From the NCBI RefSeq assembly GCF_009914755.1, contig NC_060936.1: a stretch of DNA of 64,000 bases, one strand, 5' to 3'. How positions within the stretch are numbered: the first letter of the stretch is position 1; each line of letters starts with the position of its first letter. The position numbers were made by a program, and so were the translations under genes. The DNA is from the human T2T-CHM13v2.0 reference genome, Homo sapiens. This document shows, one piece after another, positions 31,428 to 45,425 of this stretch. Under the pieces are notes generated by a model that was given only the letters and a program-made list of their open reading frames with translations, searched no databases and was not told the origin of the DNA.

Positions 31428-31746
31428 GGCTGGATCTGGTGGCTCACACCTGTAATCCCAACACTTTGGGAGGCCAAAGCAGGAGGATCACTTGAGGCCA
31501 GGAGTTTGAGACTAGCCTGTACAACATACCAAGATCTCATTTCTACAAAAAAATAAATAAAAAATTAGCTGAGTGCTGTGGTGCACACCTGTAGTTCCAG
31601 CTACTACGGAGGCTGGGTTGGGAAAATTGCTTGAGCCTGAGAGGTTGAGGCTGCAGTTAGCCATAATTACTCCACTGCACTCCAGCCTAGGTGACAGAAC
31701 TAGACCCTGTATCACAAAAACAAACAAGAAAACAAACAAAAAACAA
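31428..31746 (+). mobile_element. Alu (AluJ-like)
   Basis: Diverged dimer. Confidence 0.92.
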
Positions 31747-32185
31747 GCGTAACTACTGTTGCATTGCCTTCTCTATATAAGTTGTCTTGTATATAAATCA
31801 TCTTATTTTATACTGCCTAATAGATCAGTGTATGCAGTATACGCTCAGGAAATTGATTATCTAATAGTAACATTCAAAACATTTAGGGCAACTGATAGTA
31901 ATGTGGTTTTGGAACTAATAATAACATATTGTCCCTATTATTTTAAAAAATTCCTTTTTAAGGGAAGTTTGGACTTTTGACTTTCTTCACTGTCAAGGTG
32001 TTTGAATGTTGTTAGTCTAGTGCTGTATGTTTACGTGTGAGGTGGTGGTATCACCAATTGTAAAGCAAAATAGTCTCAAAGTTTCCTAAACTGAGTTGCT
32101 ATATATTCTTGGGCAGGCATTTGCCTCAACCCCCTGTGAAAAGGAGATAATAATAGTATCTTGCAAGATAATTATGATGATTAAA

Positions 32186-32478
<293 letters not shown>

Positions 32479-32498
32479 ACTGAATTTTCATTTTACAG

Positions 32499-32634
32499 GG
32501 AAGTGTTTGTTTATGTCAGGGCTCAGTGAGGTCCAGCTGAACCATATGGATGATCACACTCTACCAGGGAAGTATGGTATTGGATTTACCAACATGGTGG
32601 AAAGGACCACGCCCGGCAGCAAAGATCTCTCCAG
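32499..32634 (+). CDS. TDG: TDG exon 5 (WKCLFMSG...TTPGSKDLS)
   Basis: ttttacag acceptor; CAG|GTAAGT donor; 136 nt; Gly at 199. Confidence 0.98.
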
Positions 32635-32835
32635 GTAAGTACACAGCATTTGCTTTTATGGGTTGGAACCTTGAGTATGCTGGTGCCCCAAATATTCTAG
32701 GAACATCATATGTATCTAGTTCAAGCTGAGCTCAACAAATGTACAATATGCTCTTTCATTGAAAGCTGTCTGAATTTAGCATATTATAAATATTGTCATA
32801 TTTATATTTTTGACTACTTTTTAATTCAATTTTAG

Positions 32836-32918
32836 TAAAGAATTTCGTGAAGGAGGACGTATTCTAGTACAGAAATTACAGAAATATCAGCCACGAATAG
32901 CAGTGTTTAATGGAAAAT
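32836..32918 (+). CDS. TDG: TDG exon 6 (SKEFREGG...AVFNGK)
   Basis: ttttag acceptor; AAT|GTAAGA donor; 83 nt; followed by a 76-nt intron. Confidence 0.98.
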
Positions 32919-32994
32919 GTAAGATTTACTTTTAAATTTTTTTTTTCTTTGCTAACATTATGGGCAATGTAAATATGTTTGTATTTCATTTTAG

Positions 32995-33089
32995 GTATTT
33001 ATGAAATTTTTAGTAAAGAAGTTTTTGGAGTAAAGGTTAAGAACTTGGAATTTGGGCTTCAGCCCCATAAGATTCCAGACACAGAAACT
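32995..33089 (+). CDS. TDG: TDG exon 7 (CIYEIFSK...IPDTET)
   Basis: ttttag acceptor; ACT|GTAAGT donor; 95 nt. Confidence 0.98.
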
Positions 33090-33998
33090 GTAAGTCCCTA
33101 AAATTGAATTTGTAAATCAGCTAAATGTGAATTTTTTTCTAGATAATTTCCTTATTTGTCCTATCCATTGTGATTTATACCATGCAAAACAATTACACTG
33201 TATTTTGTTGAATAATACCTATACATCAGCTTTAACTAATAGTTGTAAATTAATTCAAATACTATTAGGGTTTATTAGAAAGAAAAACATTTGTCAGCTA
33301 AATGTCTTGATGTTGTTATTCAGTGAAAATATTGAGAGGAACTGGCTCATATACTACATTCAGAATACATTTAATGGCATGTAGTTGTCAAATTCAAATG
33401 GTTTAGCCCTCGTACTGTTGTGAAACAAACATGGAAACACAGACATGATCCTGATTAGGAAAACCAGTTGCCCCATTTATATATCTTAGCTCAACTTCAT
33501 TTTAGAGCCATATAAATAATACAACCCAGACAAGCCTCCAGCCAACCTAACTGGCATTCAATACTGTTGTCTTATACACAAAGTCATCATGAAATAACAG
33601 TGTTTTTCAAATTGTCCTCTCTACAGAGCTTCTGCAGGCATTTGGTTCCAATTTTGCTTCTTAGTTTTAGGTTTTATTTACAACTTTTAAAGAACAACAC
33701 AGTGCACAGATTTACATGTTGTATATACAACATCTTAACTGATGGAGAAGCTAATTTGCTGCCAGGTTTTTGTGGAAACCTAAAAATGTTTCTGCCACCT
33801 AAATATATTTAAATTTCTCCTTTAAAATTGTTTTTGTTCATAATTTCTTATAAATATGCAATTGATGAGTTTTATTATAGCATTGGTTTTTGCTTAAATA
33901 AAGGCCCACCTTTGTCTGCTTGGTTAAAATGGTACAAATTCACTACCTGTAGTGAATTGTAGAGAAATTCCTGTAGAGTACTGTGTCATTCTCTGTTA

Positions 33999-34243
<245 letters not shown>

Positions 34244-34448
34244 TCATTATTTTTCACTTCCTGACTTGGTAATAAGTCAGTATTACAAATTCAACCTTAA
34301 AAGCAACTACTTTTATTGATTTTTACATATATTTATATGTAGTTAAGTATCAAGTTATTAACCCAAATAAAGACAAATATTCTAATCTCAATGAGTGAAT
34401 TCAATAGAATTATAAGATTTCTGAAATTATAAAATGTTGTGATTCTAG

Positions 34449-34620
34449 CTCTGCTATGTTATGCCATCATCCAGTGCAAGATGTGCTCAGTTTCCTCGAG
34501 CCCAAGACAAAGTTCATTACTACATAAAACTGAAGGACTTAAGAGATCAGTTGAAAGGCATTGAACGAAATATGGACGTTCAAGAGGTGCAATATACATT
34601 TGACCTACAGCTTGCCCAAG
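34449..34620 (+). CDS. TDG: TDG exon 8 (MPSSSARC with Arg275 finger; VQEV SUMO-interacting motif)
   Basis: gattctag acceptor; AAG|GTATGT donor; 172 nt. Confidence 0.98.
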
Positions 34621-34653
34621 GTATGTTACTGTCCTCATTCCTTTTATTCATTT

Positions 34654-34862
34654 TGTGTGTGTATATATACACATATATACTTACATATATATACACATAT
34701 ACATATATACATATACACATATACATATGTGTGCACATATATGCACACGTGTATATATACATGTATATATACATATATACACACATAAGTATGTATGTCT
34801 ATATACATATATGTGTGTATACACTTGTGTGCGTATACATATGTGTGTGTCTATATATAGAC

Positions 34863-34921
<59 letters not shown>
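34654..34921. repeat. Compound (TA/CA/TG)n microsatellite ending in a long (CA)n
   Basis: ~270 bp of mostly alternating purine-pyrimidine sequence. Confidence 0.95.
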
Positions 34922-34922
<1 letters not shown>

Positions 34923-35314
34923 TACAGAAAGTATCTTATGGATTTAAAAGCAGGAAAAAAGAAAACAATTATATTCGCAGCCAGAGTGCTCTGATAATGA
35001 ATATTAGTCACTGTTAAAATCTCCTTTTACCAAGGTCTTCCCTCTACTCTGGCACTTCTGCAGATAATTCACCTGCAGAGTGCCAGAGCAGAGGGATGTA
35101 AGAAATATTGTACCCTACGTAAAGTTGAATGTAAGCGGTTTTTACAGTTCTTATGTGTTTATTTAGTACATGCTATAAGTTTAAAAGATTAATAGAGATG
35201 TATCTCAGTGTATATGAATATTCAAGAAAAAGAATTGTTCATGATTTCTGAATAAAGCTACTTTTAAAATTGTTGTACAAAATCAGATTTAAATCCTTTT
35301 TACCTTCCTCACAG

Positions 35315-35440
35315 AGGATGCAAAGAAGATGGCTGTTAAGGAAGAAAAATATGATCCAGGTTATGAGGCAGCATATGGTGGTGCTTACGGAGAAAATCCA
35401 TGCAGCAGTGAACCTTGTGGCTTCTCTTCAAATGGGCTAA
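35315..35440 (+). CDS. TDG: TDG exon 9 (VKEE SUMO acceptor Lys330)
   Basis: cctcacag acceptor; TAA|GTATGG donor; 126 nt. Confidence 0.97.
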   Translation, partial: RMQRRWLLRKKNMIQVMRQHMVVLTEKIHAAVNLVASLQMG

Positions 35441-35584
35441 GTATGGTTCCCTCCACATGTGTATTCCTTTCAAAGACGGTTTGGTCAGGATTGGGGGGAA
35501 AATTTTAATAGAAGGAGAGTAAATTATTGAAGAATGGGAATGATAATATGAAATTTTATTTAGTGACTAATAGTGAAAAATTGA

Positions 35585-35932
<348 letters not shown>

Positions 35933-36126
35933 TACAGTGCATTTTCTTTAAGTCATGAACTCTAGGCCATCCTAGTTGCATTTTCCTCCTTTAATAACAA
36001 ATGAGTCCTGTATCTGAAGAACAGAAACTTAACAGTTGTATTCCGGAAGCTTGCTTAACTATTTTAATAATAATTCTCCTTCACTAGACTGTTAAAATCT
36101 CCTACTTTGATCATTTAAAACTTCCA

Positions 36127-36447
36127 GGCCGGGCATGGTGGTTCACGCCTGTAATCCCAGCAGTTTGAGAGGCTGAGGTGGGTGGATCATTTGAGGTCAG
36201 GAGTTCGAGACCAGCCTGGCCAACATGGTGAAACCCCATCTCTACTAAAATATACAAAAATTAGCTGGGCATGGTGGCAGGTATAATCCTAGCTACTTGG
36301 GAGGCTGAGGCAGGAGTATCATTATATATAATATATATGCCTCTCCTCGATCCCGGGAGGCAGAGGCTGTAGTGAGCCGAAATCACACCACTGGACTCCA
36401 GCCTGGGTGACAGAATGAGACACCGTCTCAAAAAGAAAAAAAAAAAC
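36127..36447 (+). mobile_element. Alu with ~25-nt AT-rich insert; Alu monomer follows at ~36457-36615
   Basis: TSD AAAACTTC. Confidence 0.92.
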
Positions 36448-36664
36448 TTCAAATAAGCTGATACGGTGGCTCACACCTGTAATCCCAGTGCTTTGAGAGG
36501 CTAGGATGGGAGGATCACTCAAGCCCAGGAGTTTGAGGCTGCAAAGAGCTGTGATCATGCCACTGCATTCCAGCCTGGGCGATAGAGTAAGACCCAGTCT
36601 CTACTTTAAAAAAAGCAAATATTTCTAAATGGCATAAACTAACTTTGTTTTTCTTTTCTGGCAG

Positions 36665-36807
36665 TTGAGAGCGTGGAGTTAAGAGGAGAATCAGCTTTCA
36701 GTGGCATTCCTAATGGGCAGTGGATGACCCAGTCATTTACAGACCAAATTCCTTCCTTTAGTAATCACTGTGGAACACAAGAACAGGAAGAAGAAAGCCA
36801 TGCTTAA
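36665..36807 (+). CDS. TDG: TDG exon 10 coding part (IESVELRG...EEESHA*)
   Basis: CTAAC branch point, U-rich tract, GCAG acceptor; TAA at 36805-36807; Val at 367. Confidence 0.98.
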
Positions 36808-38590
36808 GAATGGTGCTTCTCAGCTCTGCTTAAATGCTGCAGTTTTAATGCAGTTGTCAACAAGTAGAACCTCAGTTTGCTAACTGAAGTGTTTTATTAG
36901 TATTTTACTCTAGTGGTGTAATTGTAATGTAGAACAGTTGTGTGGTAGTGTGAACCGTATGAACCTAAGTAGTTTGGAAGAAAAAGTAGGGTTTTTGTAT
37001 ACTAGCTTTTGTATTTGAATTAATTATCATTCCAGCTTTTTATATACTATATTTCATTTATGAAGAAATTGATTTTCTTTTGGGAGTCACTTTTAATCTG
37101 TAATTTTAAAATACAAGTCTGAATATTTATAGTTGATTCTTAACTGTGCATAAACCTAGATATACCATTATCCCTTTTATACCTAAGAAGGGCATGCTAA
37201 TAATTACCACTGTCAAAGAGGCAAAGGTGTTGATTTTTGTATATGAAGTTAAGCCTCAGTGGAGTCTCATTTGTTAGTTTTTAGTGGTAACTAAGGGTAA
37301 ACTCAGGGTTCCCTGAGCTATATGCACACTCAGACCTCTTTGCTTTACCAGTGGTGTTTGTGAGTTGCTCAGTAGTAAAAACTGGCCCTTACCTGACAGA
37401 GCCCTGGCTTTGACCTGCTCAGCCCTGTGTGTTAATCCTCTAGTAGCCAATTAACTACTCTGGGGTGGCAGGTTCCAGAGAATGCAGTAGACCTTTTGCC
37501 ACTCATCTGTGTTTTACTTGAGACATGTAAATATGATAGGGAAGGAACTGAATTTCTCCATTCATATTTATAACCATTCTAGTTTTATCTTCCTTGGCTT
37601 TAAGAGTGTGCCATGGAAAGTGATAAGAAATGAACTTCTAGGCTAAGCAAAAAGATGCTGGAGATATTTGATACTCTCATTTAAACTGGTGCTTTATGTA
37701 CATGAGATGTACTAAAATAAGTAATATAGAATTTTTCTTGCTAGGTAAATCCAGTAAGCCAATAATTTTAAAGATTCTTTATCTGCATCATTGCTGTTTG
37801 TTACTATAAATTAAATGAACCTCATGGAAAGGTTGAGGTGTATACCTTTGTGATTTTCTAATGAGTTTTCCATGGTGCTACAAATAATCCAGACTACCAG
37901 GTCTGGTAGATATTAAAGCTGGGTACTAAGAAATGTTATTTGCATCCTCTCAGTTACTCCTGAATATTCTGATTTCATACGTACCCAGGGAGCATGCTGT
38001 TTTGTCAATCAATATAAAATATTTATGAGGTCTCCCCCACCCCCAGGAGGTTATATGATTGCTCTTCTCTTTATAATAAGAGAAACAAATTCTTATTGTG
38101 AATCTTAACATGCTTTTTAGCTGTGGCTATGATGGATTTTATTTTTTCCTAGGTCAAGCTGTGTAAAAGTCATTTATGTTATTTAAATGATGTACTGTAC
38201 TGCTGTTTACATGGACGTTTTGTGCGGGTGCTTTGAAGTGCCTTGCATCAGGGATTAGGAGCAATTAAATTATTTTTTCACGGGACTGTGTAAAGCATGT
38301 AACTAGGTATTGCTTTGGTATATAACTATTGTAGCTTTACAAGAGATTGTTTTATTTGAATGGGGAAAATACCCTTTAAATTATGACGGACATCCACTAG
38401 AGATGGGTTTGAGGATTTTCCAAGCGTGTAATAATGATGTTTTTCCTAACATGACAGATGAGTAGTAAATGTTGATATATCCTATACATGACAGTGTGAG
38501 ACTTTTTCATTAAATAATATTGAAAGATTTTAAAATTCATTTGAAAGTCTGATGGCTTTTACAATAAAAGATATTAAGAATTGTTATCCT
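36808..38590 (+). other. TDG: TDG 3'UTR (end approximate)
   Basis: Repeat-free AU-rich ~1.8 kb from the stop codon to AATAAA. Confidence 0.85.
38563..38568 (+). terminator. TDG: TDG polyadenylation signal AATAAA
   Basis: Canonical hexamer ending the UTR, with U-rich sequence downstream. Confidence 0.8.
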
Positions 38591-38721
38591 TAACTTACGG
38601 GCTTTTTCTATAGCAAGACTGAGTGGTATTCTTTCCCCTTTAAACCTGAGGTCAGTTTACCTTCTATTATATTTAACATGTAGAATAGTAACATGATAAA
38701 AATCATAAAAATGATGAATAT

Positions 38722-38727
38722 TTTATT
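38722..38727 (-). terminator. GLT8D2: GLT8D2 polyadenylation signal (AATAAA on minus)
   Basis: TTTATT on plus, ~400 nt beyond the GLT8D2 stop. Confidence 0.7.
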
Positions 38728-39126
38728 TTTCAGACGTCCATATTTTAAATGTAATAGTTTTATAAAAGAAAAGGTTGGCAACCTGTTAAGGAGATCTTCA
38801 TGTGAAAAATACATGTAGAAGTTTTAAAAATTTGTGGATATAATTGTCATTCAGAATTAAGCAGGTTGATTGCTGTTATCTAGATGGGTCTCTTCCTTTA
38901 TGTTTTTCAGTCACATAATCTTGATTTCCATAGTTATCACATGTACTTAAAGAAGTTAATCAATGCCTATATGGTCCAAGGTATAATTTGCACACAGTAG
39001 TTTTTGGTTTTTATATTGTGGATCATATGTATCAAAGGTAATATTCATAAAGAACAATGTTATAGTTGGCTACAAAGGGACAATTCCACATTTCTATACA
39101 GGGAATATTTTAAGGGTAGAGTTATA

Positions 39127-39296
39127 TCAGCTATGGTGATTGAGTTTAAATATCCCTGCAGGGTCAGGAACAAACCAGCTTTCCCATAAGTCGTTGTGAA
39201 CACTAGGGAAGTCCCAAGGTTTATGTCTTCCATTCCAGTGGAGTAATTTAGCTTCCTGCAGAAAATGCTCCGAATATCTGGCATCTGGATTCCAGC
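39127..39296 (-). CDS. GLT8D2: GLT8D2 last coding exon (GWNPDARYSEHFLQEAKLLHWNGRHKPW...KLNHHS*); GT8-family glycosyltransferase
   Basis: GT8 HWNG..KPW motif; AAG acceptor; TGA at 39129-39127; 170 nt. Confidence 0.96.
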
Positions 39297-39793
39297 CTTC
39301 ATTGTGTATAGAGAAAAAATAATAGGCTTGTTAGAGAATAACATTTTTGTATTATAAATTGAATACAAGTTCATAGTTTAAAAAAAGGTAAACAAATAAA
39401 AAGGTTATACAGTGAATTTTCTACCCACCCCAGGTCTCCAAATCAACCACTGTTAGTCTCTTGTGAATCCTTCTAGTAGTGTTATAGCATTGTTTGACCT
39501 GTATGCATGTATATGTATATTTAAAGACAGAAGACAAAATAGAGCATACTGCTACCTTGCCTTTAAAAAAAAATTATTTTGTTTCTTTATGTGGACATTG
39601 CCTTTTAAAATTACTGTCTTGGGAAACTTTCCACAGCAGTACATGTGGATTTACCAAATTATTTTTAGTGACTGTATAGAATGATACTATTTATTGACCA
39701 AGTTCCTTATTAAGGACATTTAGATTGTTTCTATCCTATTATTAGCATAAACACAGCAATGAGCAGCCCTCTATGTATGTCTAGTGTATGTGT

Positions 39794-39797
<4 letters not shown>

Positions 39798-39831
<34 letters not shown>
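39798..39831. repeat. (TA)n microsatellite in an old L1 fragment
   Basis: Direct reading. Confidence 0.9.
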
Positions 39832-39833
<2 letters not shown>

Positions 39834-40781
39834 GTAGGATAAAATATTGTAGGTGGAATTGCTAGATTGAAGGTTGTGTGCCTTTTCAATTTTGATAGAG
39901 ATTGCCGCATTGTCCCCCAAGAAGTTCTATTAATTTCCCTCCCACCCAAGAGTTTATAGGGGTTCTTTTTTCTCTGCATTTCACCTCCTTAATGAAAAAT
40001 GGCAACATTTGCTTTTGAACAGTCTTGTCTAAATATAAAATGTGACTAAGATCTACTTTTTAAACAAACAGCTATCTATCTCCACCTGAACATTACTCCC
40101 CTCATAAGTCATGACTTCGAGAGACTATGCATTTACCCTAACAGTGCCATTGCTTAGAATACTCTTTAGAATACCTATTCTAGAACTACATTAAGGTGGT
40201 GTGAATGTACAATTTTTTAAAAATCTCTATAGTGTTCAACTTTCTTTCCATGAAAAGGAATTTGATATATATATTCTTTAAACAGCTGAAAGTCCATTGA
40301 ATTACGAGAGGGTTGATTTGCTAGGGTTATGTTATTCTATTGTATGACGTTAACAACAACACAACCTGGCTTCTGTTACTAATAAACATAGCTGTGACGG
40401 CAGCTGCAGAAGAGAAACTAGTTGTTTGAAACTATCGCAGCATAACTGGAATAATTATCAATCATCAGAGTCTATGCAAAGGAAATATTCATTTGGGAAG
40501 AGGCACCTTCCCATGAAAAGTCTCTACTAAGTAGGACATCCTCACCTCTCAGCTTCGTAACTGAAGGGCTATGCAGAACTACCTCAGAGGGGCTTGCAAT
40601 TTGGGTGATGAAATTGCTTTTAGCTAAATATATTTTGTAAATTTAAAAAATCTTAAGCCTGCCTGTTTAGACCCAAACTTAATGCCCATTAGTGTTATGT
40701 TGCCCTTCTGCCTCCAGAACATCCTGAAACCTCATTTTTCAAATGATTTTTGTGTAGATTTACTTTGCACACCATCCCTGA

Positions 40782-41202
<421 letters not shown>

Positions 41203-42174
41203 TAAAATGTAATTCTGAGTCTGTCTCAAGATCATAAAATGCCGTAACCTTATTGATCTAAGCTCTGCATAACTGTTCCTACACATATTTAAAAATAGAC
41301 CTTCTACTTTGATGGGATCTGCACATGGAAAGGTTGATATTTGACCTAATGTTGAACCCAACATGACTGTAAATCAAATCAGACACAACACTAACTTCCC
41401 TGTGGCACTCTTTTGTGCATATACATGCTCAGGAAAATCAGAGGATTCTGGGAATGATGCAGAAGCAACCCACAGAATCATCGAGAGCATACAGGAACTC
41501 AGCCTCCACAATTACGTCCTTTAAAAAAAAAAAAAAAAAAAAAAAAGATTATGGGACATAACACCTTGCAGGGTTGTTGTGAGAATTAGAAATAATATTC
41601 ACCTTCCTTAACAGAACCTAGTCCAGTTCTTGGCAATGTAATGGACACTTGGTAAATATAAGTGCATATCCATTGCCTACAATTCTAAGATAATCCCCAA
41701 AGGTCTGAAAACAAAAGGTTTTTTAATAACTTCTTTGGCAGTAAAACCTAGATCCCACTCAGCACCACATTACCTTTTTAAAATCCAAACCCTTTCTAAA
41801 CTTCCAAACATGTCTGGCCCAGCGGTTTTGGATCAGGGATTGTGGCCATGTGTTAGAGTGGATGTGAATGTGTCCTCTATGCTAGGCTCTATGCTAAGCA
41901 ATTTACATGTATTCCGTAACCTGCCCAAAATCATAGTTGGGATTCCAGTTCATACTCTAAACCCTACACTTGTGTAGTGAGTAAAAGACTTAGAGAACTC
42001 ACAGAGTACAGAGTCAACTGCTTTTTAAAGGATAAATTTTAATGGCAGCTTTCTGAATTCATCCTAAGCCATTATGCTAATTTATTTGGTTTTGTCCACT
42101 GTAAGTTACTGCAAGAGAAAATAAAAGTGTGGCTTGACAGTTCAATAAGGTTTTGAAGTTTTGACAGTGAAAGT

Positions 42175-42523
<349 letters not shown>

Positions 42524-42750
42524 TAAGCACATACTATATGCTAAGCATGAATTTGATGGCTTTCCATAAATCTCCAGAAACACGCTCCTCAGGTAGCTCA
42601 GAATATCAGCTGCACTTGCTGAATCTGAGCACTGAGGGTCAAGTCATTTGTCCAAGGTCACCTGGAGGATTTCAATTGAACAACCTGGTGCTGTATGTAG
42701 CACCCTCTCCTCGCTATGGTGCTCACTGGGTCTATAAAATGCACATTTGC

Positions 42751-43066
<316 letters not shown>

Positions 43067-43092
43067 CTAAACAGTTTTTCTGAAATACTTAC

Positions 43093-43205
43093 CCAGGTGC
43101 CTTATGTGCCACAGGGGGTTAATTGTGGAATATTTCCCATGAAACACAATCAGCATTGGGGAGGTGGCCACCCCTCCTCCCAGGGAGCTGCTATAGAGGT
43201 TTTCC
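43093..43205 (-). CDS. GLT8D2: GLT8D2 exon (ENLYSSSLGGGVATSPMLIVFHGKYSTINPLWHIRHL)
   Basis: ttcttag acceptor; G|GTAAGT donor; 113 nt. Confidence 0.96.
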
Positions 43206-44035
43206 CTAAGAAATGAAATAGAAAAACAACATTTGGCCTGGAGCCCCCACAAACTCAGATAAAGTCGAATCTGATATTGTAAATGATGTAAGACATTATC
43301 TCACTATGTACTAAGACTTATGGCCTTTCATTCTCCCCCAAATTTTCATTTTGAAAATTGTCAAACATACACAAAATAGTAAGAATACCATGAACTCCTG
43401 TATACATCACCTAGAGTAACAGTGTTAATATTTTGCCATTTTAACTCCCAGGGTTTTAAATAGTAGACACAGGAGATCAAATTCGAATCCTACATTATTT
43501 AGAATAACTTTACTTGCAAATTCAAGGTTATGATGGTATTAAAATATCCAGATACACAAGACTGCTAGGCAATACAATGATGGGATAATAGTGCTTGTAT
43601 TAGACTTATTTTTATCTTCTCTATTTTAAAACTCCGATAACGAAAAATTATAAATTATAAAAATAAACCTTAAAAAGCAAAATTGACTTTATATAATAAT
43701 CCTTAATAAAAAAATCTATGTTAGGAGGGGAAACTCAACTAAGATAAATGAAGATTGTTTGGTGGAAAAGATTCAAGTCACATTTTTCAACAGCTTACTA
43801 GGAAAATGTATAATCAGGGACTCCTCGCTCCACAGGATCTTGATTCCTCTGATTTATATCTTTTGAGGAAAGGTTTTAATTGACTGCCCCCTTTTCTTTC
43901 TTAACATTGCCTCTGTAAGAAAATCTGACCTGAGATGACTGTGAAATATTTCTAACCCTTGAACTATGTGTGGAAAATTAATTGAATGATTTTGTTTCCA
44001 AGCATGGAAAAAATGGTAGAGAAGCCTTCACGTAC

Positions 44036-44202
44036 TCCACATTCTTTTGCATCCATTTCTCCAATTGCTTGGTGATGCGCTGGTGCTTCCATTCTGTCAT
44101 GTTGGCAACAATCACACCAGGATTGAAAGAGCAGGTGCTGGGGCTGATGCCAAGGTCCTTGATGGCCTTCTTCCGGTAGTCCAGATAGCCCATATATGTG
44201 TT
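44036..44202 (-). CDS. GLT8D2: GLT8D2 exon (NTYMGYLDY...SFNPGVIVANMTEW...KNVE)
   Basis: GT8 FNxGV motif; ccttacag acceptor; GA|GTACGT donor; 167 nt. Confidence 0.96.
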
Positions 44203-44349
44203 CTGTAAGGGAACAGGATGTGCATGCTTTTGACCAGCGAATCTTTTGTTTCTGGAAAATGATCATTTTCTTGAAACCCTTGTGCAGTATCTTTGGGTTT
44301 CCTCCTGTGTCACTGGCCACTGGGTAGTTTGTTGTTTTTGTTTTGTTTT

Positions 44350-45425
44350 GCTGGTTTCCCTCATTTCTCCAACCTCTAAATGCTGAATGCCCTAAGTCTG
44401 AGTGCAGCACTAGTGCCTTTCTCTAGCAATAACTCCATAAACAGCCTTGTCCAGTCTCATGGCTCTAAATACCACCCATCTGACAGCCCTGACCTCTCCT
44501 CTGGACTTCCAACTCCTGCTACATCTGCCATCCAAATGTCTCCTTTCAGATGCTTAGTAAAGGCAGCTCCAACTTACATCCCAAAATTGATCCCAATCCT
44601 ATCCCAAACCTGCTTCCCTGCACCTGCCCCACCTCAGTCAGTGGCAACTCTATCCTTCTAGTTACTTGGGCAAAAAACCTGGGGTCATTAGGTCCTCCTT
44701 GACTCCTTTTTTCTCACTCTCTTCTCATCCAAATATTTCAGCAAATGGTGTAGGTCCCATCTTCAAAATGCTGGAAGCCAACCACTTCTCTTGCCACTAC
44801 TACCACACTGCTACCTTCCTGTTCAGGCCATAATTGCCACTCAATGGATTTCTGCAAGTTCCTCCTAACCAGTATCCTTGCTTCCACTATTTTCCACCCC
44901 ACTCTGTCTCTAGGTCACTCATCTCCTCTAAGCTCCTCCAATAGCTTCCCATCTCATTCACAGAAACAGCCAGATTTCCTAAAATGGCCTGCCATACCCT
45001 ATATCATCTGACCCTCCAATACCTTTCCAACTCCTGTTATTCTCCTCTTGATCCCTCAGCAACAGCGACCACCTTTAATGAACCAGACTCACCCCTGCCT
45101 CAAGATCTTTACACTTGTTCTTCCCGCTTCCTGGAGGGTTTCCCCTCTAACCATCTGCACAGGTGGTTCCCTCAATTCTTTCAAGTTTAGGTTCAAACAG
45201 CACAATCTCAGTGGAGCCTTCCCTGATTACTGTATTTAAAATACAGCCCTGCCTCCACCCCAATCCTCTGTTAAATATTTTACTTGTTTACTGTCTGTCT
45301 GTTCCCACTAGAATGTGAAATACACAAAAGCAGGAGTTTTCGTTTTGCTCACTATATTACTAGTACCTAAAACAGTGTCAGGCACAGAGTAAGCACTCAA
45401 TAAGTCATTGTTGAATGAATGTTGT
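44350..45425 (+). mobile_element. L2 fragment
   Basis: Ends with L2 3' terminus gcactcaataa...ttgttgaatgaatg. Confidence 0.75.

Noticed and set aside
34461-35017. 177-aa and overlapping His/Thr/Tyr-rich ORFs
   Set aside because: TDG exon 8 read through into an intronic microsatellite; not a gene
37885-37910. CTACCAG-GT-CTGGTAG hairpin in the TDG 3'UTR as a SECIS/IRE-type element
   Set aside because: 7-bp stem with a 2-nt loop and no consensus features
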